64,000 bases of DNA from Podospora anserina (GCA_017654855.1 CM030332.1:1-64000); one strand, 5' to 3'; shown: positions 49,740 through 62,218, counted from the first letter of the stretch. Notes: generated from the sequence alone by a model not told the origin. Made by a program: numbers and translations.

Positions 49740-51680
49740 TTACACCTTTTCGCCAGCCGAGATGGCCTTGGTCTTCTCGAGCAACCCAAATTTGCTGTCC
49801 AACTCCTTTCTAAGGGCTACATGTCTCTCCAGAAAGGTCACTGCTGCGCCGAGAAGCGCCATGGCCAGAAAGATGACCCAGACCAGCTTGAGGCTGGAGG
49901 CAAAGACGGCCCTGATTTGGTCTTGCACACCTGGGTCGCCGAACGCGCTGATCCAGCTGGCCGATGCATGCTCGTACGCCTGTCCGTTGCTGAGTTGGTC
50001 CTGCGCATTCGCGTCGTCTATAGTCTTTATGCTGGCCGCGAACTGAGCGTTGAACGCTGCGTTGGGAATGGCAACACCCAGGAGCGAGCCAAGGCCCCTG
50101 AGAAATGCCCAGGATCCCGTGGCTGCGGCATTCTCCTTGTCGGTAAGCTGGACGAGAACGGTGGGCAGGGTGGTGGAAACGATGATGCCGGATCCGATGC
50201 CGACCAGGAATGAAAACAGTATCCACAGAGCAGTTGAGGTGGACTGTTGGTAGACCACGCAGAGGAACAGACCGGCGGCCATGAGAACAAAGCCCACACG
50301 GTGCATGAGCCTGTATCTGCCAAACTTTGCCAGCAGTGGCCCGCCCAGGGCCGCCAGGATGACAATCGTCAGTGTGCAAGGAAGGATGAGGATTCCTGAT
50401 TGGGTTGGCGAGGAGCCGAGAATGACTTGAAAAAAGGGCGGCAGGTAAAACTGAAAGCCATAGGTGATGAACCCGTGGATCACGGTGATAGCGAAAGCGG
50501 CTATGGTCGTCCTGTTGCTGAAGACGTGGGGCGCCATGATGGGGTGCGAACACCTATCGCTTCGCTCCCAAAACGCAAACGCAACAATTCCCAGCAAGCC
50601 TGTCCCCACGAAGGCCAAGATGGGAGGCGAGGTCCAAGAGCTGACAGCCGCCGAGGTGAAACCAAAGAGCATCATGATGACGCTGGCGGTCAAGACGGTG
50701 ATGCCCAAAAAGTCGACCTGCGAGACCTTGAACCTCAGCTCTCGCCATGTTCTGGAGGGGTTCCCGTTGTTGAGGCTCAGCCAAAACCACATCAGGATCA
50801 GGGCGATTAGACAGATGGGAATGTTGATGCCGAAGCACCACCGCCAGTTCATGGTGGCAAACACTCCCCCCAGCAAAGGACCGACGGTTGTTCCGAGGGC
50901 GTAGACGGCCGCCTTGATGGCGACGTAGTGTCCCCTTTTCTGCAGCGGGATTATGTCGCAGAGGATCAGTTCTGCAAAGAGATCAATGCCCCCTGAGCCC
51001 ATTCCTTGAACCACTCTGCCAAAGATCAGAACGGCGCTCGAGTCGGCCCAGCCCGAGATGGCGCTTCCGATGCCAAAGATGACGACGGCGGCCATCATCA
51101 AAGGCCGGCGGCCGCAGATGTCAGCGAGCTGGCCGTACAGCGGCTGAAAGACAATGGACGCTAGGAGAAAAGACGTGGCAACCCAGGATGAGTTTGATCC
51201 CAGGTTGAGAGAGCTGGAGATGGTAGGCAGAGCGGTGCTGACCACGCTCCCCTCAAAGGCGGACAAGAGGATCGGTATACAGACGGCTGTGAAGCACCTC
51301 CAAAACCCAGCTCCGCGGCGCCATCCTCCAGACGGGCCTGCCGGGGATGGCTTCTCCTTCTCCGTGTCCCACGAGTCTAGGGAGGAGGAAGAGGAACACT
51401 CGGAAGAGGTGAGGGGAATGGTCGAAATGACAACCCCCTTCTCTTTGGACGATATGAAAGAGGCATATGATGGTGGTGGTGGTTTGATCTTGTCGTCGTC
51501 ATGAATGGGGGTTGGACAGCAGTCGGACCTGGCGTCGATGCCAGAGTCTGAGCTGGTGCGGGCAAGGGTCTCGGTCTCGGACTCAATCTCAGTTACCGAG
51601 TCTGTATCGTGGTGGACCGTAGTCTCCTGATCAGTCTCGGCTCGGCAGGTCGGCCGAACACGAGGCTGGAAGAGACCCAT
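49740..51680 (-). CDS. MFS drug:H+ antiporter (DHA2, 14-TM), 646 aa
   Basis: EGSVVSTALPTI, YGQLADICGRR, GRVVQGMGSGG, GPLLGG and WRWCFGINIPI. Confidence 0.96.
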   Translation of the reverse strand: MGLFQPRVRPTCRAETDQETTVHHDTDSVTEIESETETLARTSSDSGIDARSDCCPTPIHDDDKIKPPPPSYASFISSKEKGVVISTIPLTSSECSSSSSLDSWDTEKEKPSPAGPSGGWRRGAGFWRCFTAVCIPILLSAFEGSVVSTALPTISSSLNLGSNSSWVATSFLLASIVFQPLYGQLADICGRRPLMMAAVVIFGIGSAISGWADSSAVLIFGRVVQGMGSGGIDLFAELILCDIIPLQKRGHYVAIKAAVYALGTTVGPLLGGVFATMNWRWCFGINIPICLIALILMWFWLSLNNGNPSRTWRELRFKVSQVDFLGITVLTASVIMMLFGFTSAAVSSWTSPPILAFVGTGLLGIVAFAFWERSDRCSHPIMAPHVFSNRTTIAAFAITVIHGFITYGFQFYLPPFFQVILGSSPTQSGILILPCTLTIVILAALGGPLLAKFGRYRLMHRVGFVLMAAGLFLCVVYQQSTSTALWILFSFLVGIGSGIIVSTTLPTVLVQLTDKENAAATGSWAFLRGLGSLLGVAIPNAAFNAQFAASIKTIDDANAQDQLSNGQAYEHASASWISAFGDPGVQDQIRAVFASSLKLVWVIFLAMALLGAAVTFLERHVALRKELDSKFGLLEKTKAISAGEKV

Positions 51681-53246
51681 GGCGAGTCGATACTCTCCCC
51701 AGGTGGGGAAAAGAATGATTTTCTGGTGCTAGCAGTGATCAAGACAATCGCGGACGGCACCAGCCGTTGGACAAGACCGAGTGAGGTAGGCAGATTTGTG
51801 CAGAGGCAAAGTTCAGATGGGACGATGGAGGTCAGGGCATGAATGGAACGTCTGGATGAAAGACTGGTCTCGCTTTTAAACTTGTGTCGAGCTCTACGTT
51901 GCTCCCCTTCTCTTGTCGATTTCCAAAGAGACTGACGGGCCTGACATTTCTGTCAATTGTCTTGGGGTTACAAGTTTGCGTGCTGCCAAGTCTGGGCCCA
52001 ATGCCCGCCGTCTGGTCTGGGTATCCGTCCTGAGCACGAAAAAGTTTAATTCCTATGCTCACCTCTCACATTGTCATCGTCTGTCCTTTGGAGGAGCCAC
52101 GTACCCACCCCTTGCCATACCGACAACCCGATGAGAACTGACCAACAGAGCTCACGGTGAACCGACGAGAGCGACACTAGATTGGTGACCCATCCATCAC
52201 AGACTGCCAGGGCGCTTGGTCATAGCTGAGTTTTCGCCGCGTGGAACGTTCATCGTACACTTCATATCCCGCTATCGGACAGGGAAGGGCGGATGCTTTG
52301 TTGTCGTGGGAGGTTCCCGAAGCTCCTTCTGCCATGCTCCATTCAGTCTATGAGGTGTCTGAGTAATGTCCGGATCTTTGGCCTGCCGTTGGGAGTCGAT
52401 CATGATCCAATTCCGCACTGGTTGTGCCACCGATGACCTAGGTAGAGAAAGGTCGGGGGACACAGTATCCGACGAGCTCTCATTGGCTCTCGTTGTGATC
52501 GAGGCGGGCACGGACAGTGTTTGGCTCAAGACTCTTCTTTTGTCAGTGTTGATTGGTTACCCAAGGGTTGGCAGCCCTTGGTGCTGCAGCGAAGGAATGA
52601 CTGATGAAGAATGAGTTCAGCCAAGAGCTACTATATATCTTGACAGGCTCTTCAGCCGCACTTGGCTTACGAACGCGAACTGGGCCGTCTGTTCCGCGAA
52701 CCATTGTCAATGGCATCTCCACAGGATGCCTTGATTCGCTGCCTTGGCTCTTGATCATGTCAATGTCAGACTACAAGAAAAATTTTTACAGGTTGGTGGT
52801 TGTATTCGTATCCGAATCCATCCCAAAGCAGGCTTGGCCCATTTCGCCTGCTTAGGCTAAAGAGGTTTGGTAGAAGCAAAAGAAAATCTGGAAAAGTTTG
52901 ACAGGTATGTAGGGTTGTGTTTGACATTCTAAATCCAGAAACATCGAGTCAAAAGAGGGCTAGGTTCCGAAACTACTCCCAAGTCAGTGTTGTGGCATGC
53001 TCGCTTCCACCTTTTCCCGACACACGAGGCGCCCATTCATTCCAGATGGACAAACTTTCTGATCCGGCCCGAGGGAGTCTTACTCGGAGAATTGGCCAGT
53101 AATCCGGAGGGAAATGCCGAACTGAATCAGGGCGGAGAGGTTAGCCAAAAGTCTATATCTGCCTGCTTTTCCACGCTCCTGTCACAAACCAAGATTCGTG
53201 ATTTGGCAACCAAAGCACACCACCCTTCATTCTACATCTTGTCACA

Positions 53247-53822
53247 ATGGTTTCTCTTCGCCTCATGTTTCTCGCCCTGGCCCTTGGTGCCTCGGCCAAG
53301 CCTGTCGACTCGGACGCCCTTGAAGCTCGCCAGGACGGAGCGGACAAGATCGATGGCTGTGCCACGGTTCGTTGCGCCAAAGGCACAACCTGCAAAGTTC
53401 TCCTCGGCAGTCCTCTATGCGTTCCCCTCGACGCTCGCGAGACCAAATGCGGCACCGCTGTTTGTGCCGCAGGGATGGTCTGCTGCAACGCATCTTGTAA
53501 CCTCTGCACCAGACCCGACATGATGTGCACGCAGCAAGTGTGCCAGTCGCCCGACACCAAGCCTCCTCCTGTCGTGGAGGAGCCGCCGGTCAAAGATCGA
53601 ATCTGCGGAACCAAGATCTGTCCCGTCGGACAGGAGTGCTGCAACTCGAGCTGTGGTTACTGCCGCGCACCCGGGCAGGGATGTACCAAAGAGTTCTGTG
53701 CTCCCACACGAGTACAGTGTGGCAAGGTCGTGTGCACAAACGGCAATGTGTGCTGTAATTCTTCGTGTGGCATCTGTACACCACCTGGAGGCTTCTGTAC
53801 TCAGCAGTTCTGCGCCAGTTAA
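53247..53822 (+). CDS. Secreted cysteine-rich repeat protein, 191 aa
   Basis: Signal peptide, a CATVRC...C module and three CGxxxCxxGxxCCNxSCxxCxxPxxxCTxxxC repeats. Confidence 0.9.
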   Translation: MVSLRLMFLALALGASAKPVDSDALEARQDGADKIDGCATVRCAKGTTCKVLLGSPLCVPLDARETKCGTAVCAAGMVCCNASCNLCTRPDMMCTQQVCQSPDTKPPPVVEEPPVKDRICGTKICPVGQECCNSSCGYCRAPGQGCTKEFCAPTRVQCGKVVCTNGNVCCNSSCGICTPPGGFCTQQFCAS

Positions 53823-55291
53823 ACTATGCCAAGTTTTGGTCGCAGGTGCTGGGAACAAGTTTGACTGGGTCGTGGTTTGGGGCTCTCTACTCGGGTTGGC
53901 ACAAAAAAGGGGTAAAGGGGGGTGGTGACATGTATCAAAAACGCAAAAAAGGGGTTTTTTTTACCTTTTGCTTGGTTGAAATCTAGGTGTAAAATGACAT
54001 ATCATGCCCATATTAATCCACGTGGTACCTGCTTCAAGACATTTCAACATGTGATCCCGTCATTCCGGCCAAAGCGAACCAGGTAGCTCGTTCCGCTCGT
54101 AAGCTCGGTGAGATGTCCAAGCTGCACCAGCACACCAACCCCAGCATCCCCGCTCGTCAGCAATGGGGAAACTGTCCCGACCAAGAGGATCTCATTGTTT
54201 GAAATCCCATGTCAGCCGATCGGCTTTCCGACACAAATGCTTACCAACTGGAAGATGTCATAGGAGATGGAAGTTCAAAAATTCTCCGAAAGCTTTACCA
54301 AAACACCGGTACCGGAAGTCCTCGGAAAAGTATCAGAATCTGGGGCAAAGTGGGAAATCAAAAAGTAGCCTGTCAGCGCGCTCTCACAACGTGACCATCG
54401 GTTTCTCTATGAGAAGGCACAATGTTGGGCAATATCAATATAGGAGCATTTCGACCCGACGTTCCCTATCAGTGTCCCAGGTGGGTTTGACTACCGCTTG
54501 ACTGGTGTGTAGAGGTAATATACTCCGTGATCGGTGAGGTTACGGATCGCCCGTGTAGTTCCAGAAGTTCATTGATGGAAAAGATCTCTTGAGCACCAGG
54601 ACTCCGTGTGTTTCCCTGATTGTCTTGAAATGTCCCCGGCGCTTTCCCCCTCAGCAGTCTTTCCCTCTGGTGCTATCGTTATGAAACAGACGAGTGGCTG
54701 TCAAGTTGCTTTCTCGATGGCAGCGAAAGCTCCAGATAAATTGCCCTCGACTCAGCCTGCGCTTGTGCTCCCAGTCTCACTGTGATGTCCTACTTGGGCT
54801 CACTTTGCTTTTAATCCGACCTGCAACCCTCGTATCTCGAATTCTGGCATCACATTCCCCCTCCCGATTAGGAAGCCGTGCCGAACCTCACCTGTTACAG
54901 GCCTGTCCATTGGTCTCCCACATCTTATGCGGGATAAGCTCGGAGGTCGCTTTTCCCTGCGCGATATCGGGTATTTGCCAGCGGATGGGAGAATCGGCGG
55001 CGCAATCTTGGAACAGTAGTCCTCGTCTATGGTATGGCGGTCAGAGACAGTGGTGACAACGGCGAGGAAGAGGGCTGTGCATAGGACAGTGTACGTCTGA
55101 TACAACCTGCTGGGGGGCGGTCGATCCATGACAGGCCCAGAGTTGTTGTTTCCTGCTGATCACTTTGTCTCAGGGGCAAGCTCAGTCCTGGCGTTGTTGG
55201 GGTAAAAGGGGAAAGCTTCTAACCCTGGCTCTTGAAAAGTTTCAATCACTAAAAGTCGAAGAAACCACACGACTCTACCACTCCGTGAACA

Positions 55292-55809
55292 TCATGCGCA
55301 CCACGCTATCCCTACCAGTTCCCTCTCAAAAGCAGCTCCGCACTGATCACGGTGTTGTAGTTCGGTGTAGTTCTCTCCTCTGATCCCATATGTCATGACC
55401 ACATCCACATACAACCCCATCTTGCCATGATCCCTCTCATCGCCATTGCTGAAGCTCAAAATATCCCTTCGCAGCTCTTCAAAGCACACGAAACCTCATC
55501 CGGCAAGTCCTTCTCCAAGTCAACTTCGAGATGTGCCTGGACGGGGGCCCACGCGTGGGTTACGTACGCAACCGGCGACCTTGGATAGCCTCTCAATCCG
55601 GGTATCAACACGCGAAATCTGTTCTTGTCTGCTGGGGGATTGATGGCCGAGATCTTTGAGAATAAAAGGCGGGAAATGGTGTCTTTGTCCGGATGATGTG
55701 CGTGGAAACGCGGGGTGCCGTAGATGAGATCCTGTCCATTCGCATCAAGGCAGGCATTTAAAGTCGAGACTGACCCTTTGAACCCACAAAGAATCCAGGT
55801 TGACCCCAT
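55292..55809 (-). pseudogene. Hypothetical fungal protein gene, frameshifted
   Basis: MGSTWILCGFKGSVSTLNACLDANG...DLPDEVS switches frame near 55490 into FEELRRDILSF...GKMGLYV. It reads like one globular protein. Family recognition is from memory only. Confidence 0.5.
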
Positions 55810-55996
55810 TGTCGAGGGCAAAATGGTGAACCTAAAGTTGATTTGGACAAGTTAAGGAGAGAGAAGGACAACACTTCTGCCTGTTTGTTCTTGTCAGGGG
55901 GGCACAGGCAATTGCAGATCATGCAAACGACCAGCATCGTGTATTTGGCCACTATCCAAAAAGAAAAAAAGTGGGTATCAAGTAATAAAACCTCCT

Positions 55997-58499
55997 CTAA
56001 AACCCAGGCGGAAGTCCTTTTGGCTTCGCAGGCTTCCCCCCATTCTTCTTCAGCTCGGCATTGTACTCGCTCCTCTTTCTGATCATGAATGCAATGCCTA
56101 GCAACAAATCTGTCTCATACTGCGCCTGCTTTGCCGCCGCCTTCCCCATGGCGCTCACTGGCACAAAGTGCAGCAGGGGCCTCATGACCCTCCCAGCTAG
56201 CCTCTCAGCTGTCATTTCGTTCCTCTCGGCCTGGTCGGCTATGTCGCCCCAGAGCGTCAACAGCAACTTGAAGAGGCTCCTCTCCGGGCCCTTGATGCCC
56301 ATGAGTGCCTCCTCCCAAAAGTCAATGCCCTGGTCTATTCGCAGCGCCATGCTTCCCGCCACATTCGACTGCTTGCTCAGCTTGATCCACCTCTTGGCCA
56401 ACGAATCCGGAACAAGCGGCTTAGGCAGTTCGTTTAGATACACAAGAATCAGGTCGGCAGCATCGTAGACAGTAAAGTCCCTCCAGTCCAGCACCTTGCC
56501 GTAGCCAGTCTGTGGGTTGTTGAAGATCTCCCGAAGGTCAGACACTCGATAGCTGTCGCCGTCTTGACCAAAAACATGCGGGCACTCCGCCAAGCCCATG
56601 TCCCGGATGTAGTACACGCAACGCAGGATGCAAAGAGGGTAGTCCCGCGCACTCTTGCCGCCTGCCGAGCCTCCTTCGTGGGACGTCGAGGCTACTCCCT
56701 TGGCAACCTTCATGGACTGGGCAACCGGTACTCCAAACACATTTGTCGAGGTCAGCGACTCTGCAAGAGAAGGAGTCGAGGTGGAGGGGTTGTGTGAGTG
56801 TGTTGGTGTGGCAGGCTGGCTATGCTTGGTGGACCGAAGGCCGAGGCGAGAAAACGCGCTGCCTAACCTGGACGAGCTCCTCTTCCCGCTCAAGCCGCTG
56901 GTGCTCGTGGAGTCCCTGTCTCGATTCCCGGTGGGCATGTATGGACTCTGCGGAGGGGAAAACATAAAGTTGGAGCTTGAGGGGGTTGGCGGGCGTGTCA
57001 TGCCAGACGATGACATTGGCGGCAGCGCAGGGACAGGTGGCGGCATGGGGATTTCCGCTCGGGGATTCTCAAACACAGAGTACCGAGAGAGGGAGTGAAC
57101 AGACTGGTTCATGCCGCTCGAGCGCCTCGATTCCGACCCGTGAAACGAGTTGGAGTCGCCGCTTTGGGAGGAGTGGTCGTGCGAAGAGGTGTAATATCCC
57201 TGCTGGCTTCCCTGTGGTGGTGGGTGGCCGTGCTGGGCGAGGATGTGCTCCGACACTGGGTGCAGGGCTGGAGGGGAGAAGCTCCGGATTCGAGACATTG
57301 AGTCCTTGTGGTTCAAGCTCATGTTGCTGCTCTGCCCGCTTGCCCTCGAGGCAACGCTGCTGCCGGCGTTGGACAGGGAGCCGTAATAGTTGCTGTCGGT
57401 ATCGGAGATGCTAGGGGCCTGTCGCGTGTGCTGTGGGTGCTGATTGTGGCTAAAGTTGGGGATGGCAGACGACGAGCTTCCCAGTCGAGACGTTGATCGT
57501 GGTGGTGGTGGCGGTACGCGGTTGCGCACATCGCGAACGGGCATCATGTTTGGCGGCATCTCGTGAAGCTCCCCGGAAAACTCGTCCATTTCGTCAAAAA
57601 ACGTACCGTCCACTGCGTCTGGCCTGCTGGGTCGTGGTGGTGCTTTCAAGGGTTGCTTCTTGGTCAAGAAGGAGGACGACTCGTCGCAGCTCATCTCGAT
57701 GGCGCTGTCAGGGGCCTCGGCTGCTTGCGGTGGTGGCTTCGGCTGGCTTTCAGGCTTCTTTCTCGCCGATGGGGGCGCCGAGAGGTTGGCATACTCGCGC
57801 AGTGTGTCGAAATACTGCTGCAGTGTGGTGAGGGCTCTGTTTGGGCGCATTTCCGGCGGTGGTTCGCACGAGGTTGAGATGATTCGTGCTGCCACCTCGG
57901 CCAACTCGTCCACGTCCTCGGAGCTTGCGTCGTTGTCATTTTGGGCTTTGCTTCTATTTGGCAACAAAACATCAGCGCCTGGCTCACACCCAGCCTCTCG
58001 AGGCAGCAACCTACGCGTCAACAAAGTCAACAGCCAGCCCGAGCGCGTCCTTGTACCGTCCCAGCGTCCAGTGCAGCCTGTTGATGTGATCACGGCTCGC
58101 CATCCACCGGGCCTTCTTGTCCGCCCTCGAGACGCCGGGTCGGTTGAGCACAGATATGCACCCTTCGAGCTCGTTGATCAGGGTCAGGCAGCAGTCGAGC
58201 GCACTCGGGGTCTGTTCGGCCAAGAACGGTGGAAAGGAGGCGGCATCGTCGCGGAGGAGCTGGAGGACGCCATCGAGCGAATGGAGCTCGCTGGAGATGC
58301 TGTCCAGCTCCGACCGAGACTCGCGCACTTCGCGGACAAACTTGCTGAGGGCAAGCGAGGTCCTCGCAACGGCGTTGCTGGCGGCGAAGCAACCAGTATT
58401 CATGGACCTGTCCACGTGTTTGTCAGCACCGTTTTGCGTGATGGGAATCTCCAGTTTGTCTTACACCCAGTCCAATCGTTGTCCAGCACTTGGATCCAT
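55997..58499 (-). CDS. HeLo-like (fungal STAND N-terminal) domain, low-complexity linker and RhoGAP-like domain (exons 58499-58465, 58407-58015, 57953-55997)
   Basis: Two GT-AG introns with CTGA(C/T) branch sites join the frames. N-terminus FVREVRESRSELDSISSELHSLDGVLQLL. C-terminus VYDAADLILVYLNELPKPLVP...NEMTAERLA. Confidence 0.9.
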
Positions 58500-59784
58500 G
58501 GCTGCAGCTCGGTCGTGGCCACCGGTCGTGGGGATCAGGGCAGCACAACAGGCGGAGGTGCAGAGGATATAGAAATAAACAATCAACAAGTCAGGACGGG
58601 AGCTTGGAGGGAGCACGCACGCACACAGCGTCCCATGGTACGGACATGCATGTCAGCCTGCGAGAGAATTGGCCCCGATCTCCCATCACCCAATGCTGTT
58701 GCACCCCTCCATCTCGTCCCCAAGAAGCCCAGGGTCAGCCAGCTCGCCACGCGCTTGGCCGGCGCCAGTGGTTCGCATCCATCTCGGCCCATTCAGACCA
58801 GGCCCTACAGCCCCAGGGGACCCTCAATCCGGGCCCCACCATCCGGTCCCCGTTGCTCTTTTTGCAGCATCCAACTGCGGATTCCAAGTCCGAGGGTTTT
58901 TTTTTTTTTTTTTTTTTCCCCGTGCGATGTCCTGTCGGGTGTCCTGCCTCAAGCACCAACGTACAGCGGCTGGGTGGATGATAAGGAATGGTGCTGCAGA
59001 AATAATCAAACGTGCACCTGCCGTTGCAGGACAAGTGTCCCAAGCCAATCGTTTGACGTGACCGGGAAAAGCGTCGACAGCGGAAGGCCATTCGACACAG
59101 AAAGGAGTGACGGCCCGTGGGATCCCCTACTGAACTCTGACCCGATCGCGACCCCTGGGAAAATGCTTGGGCTGCCGGTTCAGGCGACCGGGCCCACTGG
59201 CGAGCAGAATGCGGGGAGGGCGGGGCAACCTGGAACCTGGAAGGCAGGTAGAGCTCAAAACTCGGGCCCTCGGGCCTCACTCACACATGGAAATCGAAAC
59301 AATATTCTCGCATGTGTTTTTCATGTGTTTTCCCTCTGCCACAACATGTAAAGTTTCCCCTCTCTCCCTCTATGCTCCCATCACCATGAAAACTCTTCCC
59401 TCCGTAGGGCCGACCACCACCAGCTCTGTGAGCGAGGTTACACTGTCACGTCGGTAAAACTCCGAGGTGGAATTGCGCATCGACGCAGCGCAACGTCTTC
59501 AGGGGGCATCCAGTGGTCGACCGAAATGAAACAAACCACCAAGAGGAACCTCGCCGTCCGTGCTCAAGAGCCGTTGAAACATTTGACGGAACTTTGGATT
59601 GGCAGGAACCGGCATCATGACATGACTTGTTGTGTTGCTCACAGCTCATCTCTTCATTCTTCATCACACCTCTTGTGGAGAATTTCCATCCAAGGTAGCA
59701 TCTGCATGTCAATAGGCCCGTCATCCCAGTTTTAACTCCGGTGATATATCAATCAGGAAAAGGATGAATTTTATTCCGTGCAGT

Positions 59785-60420
59785 CTAGGTCGTCGTCGCC
59801 CTTGGCCTCAGCAGCCAACACCAATGCCATATATCAGGATCGCTCTCGAGCCTTTTTGGGCCAGTAGCCACCTTGGTCAGCACCGACACCTCAAACAGCT
59901 CCTGCACCCTCTTGCTGTCCATCTCAAACCTCGAGTCCGAAAAGCTGAGCGATATCCACACGCCCTCCTCCTTGTCCAGCACATCGTGTATGGCCTCTGC
60001 CATCTTGATGACATTCTCATCCCCGCCGCAAGAAACAGCATCGACGGTGCTTTTGTCGATGACCATCCTCACTTTTCCTCTTTGCCCCAGGTCCAGTTCC
60101 AGCGGCAACGTGATATCCTGCACCTGATACCCCATTTCAACATTGCCAAACTCGTTGCTCTCCATCGCCTTCCCCCGTTCAAGAGCTAGAGGCTCGTAGT
60201 CCATGTTTATGACTTGTAGCTGTGGAAAGTGACGTCGAAAGTACACATGCAGGTCGCTTGTTCCCGAGCCGAGGTGGAGCACTGTTGAGCCTGTTGACAG
60301 CGGCGTAAGAAGAGGCTCGAGGATGGAGAAAAAGGTGCCAGACGACGTGAGCCATTCAAAGGACTCTTCCTTGGCGAAGCGTTTGCGCCAATATTCAACT
60401 TTTTCAAAGTCGGCCGGCAT
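59785..60420 (-). CDS. Class I SAM-dependent methyltransferase (EEF1AKMT4/METTL13-like), 211 aa
   Basis: YWRKRF...FEW, VLHLGSGTS, NMDY, VIDKSTVDAVSCG and WISLSFS. Confidence 0.9.
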   Translation of the reverse strand: MPADFEKVEYWRKRFAKEESFEWLTSSGTFFSILEPLLTPLSTGSTVLHLGSGTSDLHVYFRRHFPQLQVINMDYEPLALERGKAMESNEFGNVEMGYQVQDITLPLELDLGQRGKVRMVIDKSTVDAVSCGGDENVIKMAEAIHDVLDKEEGVWISLSFSDSRFEMDSKRVQELFEVSVLTKVATGPKRLESDPDIWHWCWLLRPRATTT

Positions 60421-61081
60421 TTTCGTACTTTGTTGCGGTAATAGGTTGTTTGATTACCCTGTTGTGTTGATGATGTTGATCAGAGAAAATAGGTAGGCTG
60501 GTTGCCAGTTGAGGTGAGGAATCATGAGGAATCATGGTTTCGATATCAGTGAGTCTTTGTAGACGGCCTTCTTACTTTATCTTTTTGTGTTTGCAAAGTT
60601 TAACACTATCCGAGGTTATGCCGAATTGGTAAATGCTCCTAGCTATGAGGTTACTGTCCAGAGACAAGACTTTGACGATCCACCTGTTACCTAAGATGCC
60701 GCCACGAATCAAGAGGTTTTAGTCAAGCGAAGAAAGAATTACACTCTCTAACAAGACAATGACAAATCACGCAGGGCATGCCAAACTAAAGCTCGCAGAG
60801 AACCAAAGCCTAGACCGGCTTCCAAGATTTTGATACTCGTGCTGCTGAACAAGATTCCAATACAGCCAACGCTCAGCAATGCGATGCAGGCAATCCCCTC
60901 TGATGAAAATAAACCCCCAAACTCCAGAGCAGACCGCCGCCCATGTGTTTTCGACTAGTCCTCAACGCCATGTTCCCATCTGTTCCTACAAAGTCCCGAC
61001 CCGCCGTTCCCAATGATACCGCTGATTTGGATGTCCGCCGTCCGTATAACCCTAACGCCAAAAAAACCCTCCGACCCAAAT

Positions 61082-62218
61082 TCACTGCCCTAGCCCTTCC
61101 CGGTACGTCTCCCAATCCACGATGCTGATGACATCTGAAATCTTCCCATGTTCTAGCCAGTAGAATACATGTTCTGCCCATTCGACCTCGTCACCGGTGG
61201 GCGATGCGCCCATCCAGCTCTTGACCGGGGTCCCGACAAACTCTAGCCTCGCTGCAATCATCTGCCTCCCTTCGTCCACGGCGCAAGTGTGCACCTGGAA
61301 CTTGAGATCGGGGACGTGGTCCATGGCGTCTCGCATGAGATTGATGTACTTGTCTACCGACAGGTGCACTCCATTGTGCGTCACTCCCCCAGTCTTGCAA
61401 AACGGCCTGACCTCCTGATGCATGTGCTCGACCCCGGAGTTGATGGCGTCGATGTAATCCTCATAGAACGTCTTGAGGTCAATCGAGACAGGTGGAGGTG
61501 GTGGTCGCAGCCCGGGTACTGGTAACACTCTTCTGGGCTTGGCAGCAGCCAGCTTGCGTCTTGATATCCTTGGTGGCTCTTCCCTCATATCGTAGATACT
61601 GCTGATCTTTCCCTTGTCGAAGCTAACCACCATGTGTCTGGCATACTCGGTCCTTTCGGGGGAGCGCATGCTACCAGCTCTGCCCCTCTCGGGAGTCAGA
61701 TTCCGGACACATATCCTAGCCGCGACAGGATCAGGTCTGAACAGCTTGAGCTTGCCAGCTGGCGGGTTTGGGTGAAAATCCCCGCCGACCATGGCGGCGA
61801 TGTGCAGCTTGCTGGTCGAGCCTTGGCCAAACTCCTCTTTGAAAATGTGGACAAGGTCGTGCAGAGAAACTGACTCTCCATTGTAGGAGAGTTTCTGGTT
61901 GGCGATGTTGGGCAAAAACTCCCACTGGCGCCTGTTGATACGGTCGACAAACAGGCGGAATCGATATTGATTTGTTAATGGTGGAGGTGGCCTCACGCCG
62001 AAGCGCTCGTATCGGGCGTTGACGTCTTCCATGGATTCCCGCTTGCGCCTTTTGGAGCTGTGTGAGCTGTCTGAATCTGGCGTCCCTGGCGATGGCCTTT
62101 TTCTTGATGACGACTGTGATGGCGGTGATGGAGTAGGTGATGATGATGACGCTGTGGCAGCCAAGGGCGGCGACATGGTGGGCCGCGATATCCGCAACTC
62201 TCGCCGGCTGTGCGACAT
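61082..62218 (-). CDS. SnoaL-like (NTF2 fold) tandem-domain protein with a disordered, NLS-like N-terminus
   Basis: C-terminal FYEDYIDAIN...VTHNG...IAARLEFVGTP...WAEHVFYWLEHGKISDVISIVD, plus a degenerate first copy (EYARHMVVSFDKGKISSI). Start is 62218 or 62176. Confidence 0.85.
   Translation of the reverse strand: MSHSRRELRISRPTMSPPLAATASSSSPTPSPPSQSSSRKRPSPGTPDSDSSHSSKRRKRESMEDVNARYERFGVRPPPPLTNQYRFRLFVDRINRRQWEFLPNIANQKLSYNGESVSLHDLVHIFKEEFGQGSTSKLHIAAMVGGDFHPNPPAGKLKLFRPDPVAARICVRNLTPERGRAGSMRSPERTEYARHMVVSFDKGKISSIYDMREEPPRISRRKLAAAKPRRVLPVPGLRPPPPPVSIDLKTFYEDYIDAINSGVEHMHQEVRPFCKTGGVTHNGVHLSVDKYINLMRDAMDHVPDLKFQVHTCAVDEGRQMIAARLEFVGTPVKSWMGASPTGDEVEWAEHVFYWLEHGKISDVISIVDWETYREGLGQ

Noticed and set aside
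43396-51680. Complete secondary-metabolite biosynthetic cluster
   Set aside because: Tailoring and transport genes are present, but there is no backbone synthase or cluster transcription factor in the window.
57660-59351. 563-aa plus-strand ORF
   Set aside because: It is the antisense shadow of the HeLo-like/RhoGAP gene and its GC-rich upstream region. It runs through a poly-T tract and has no recognisable domain.
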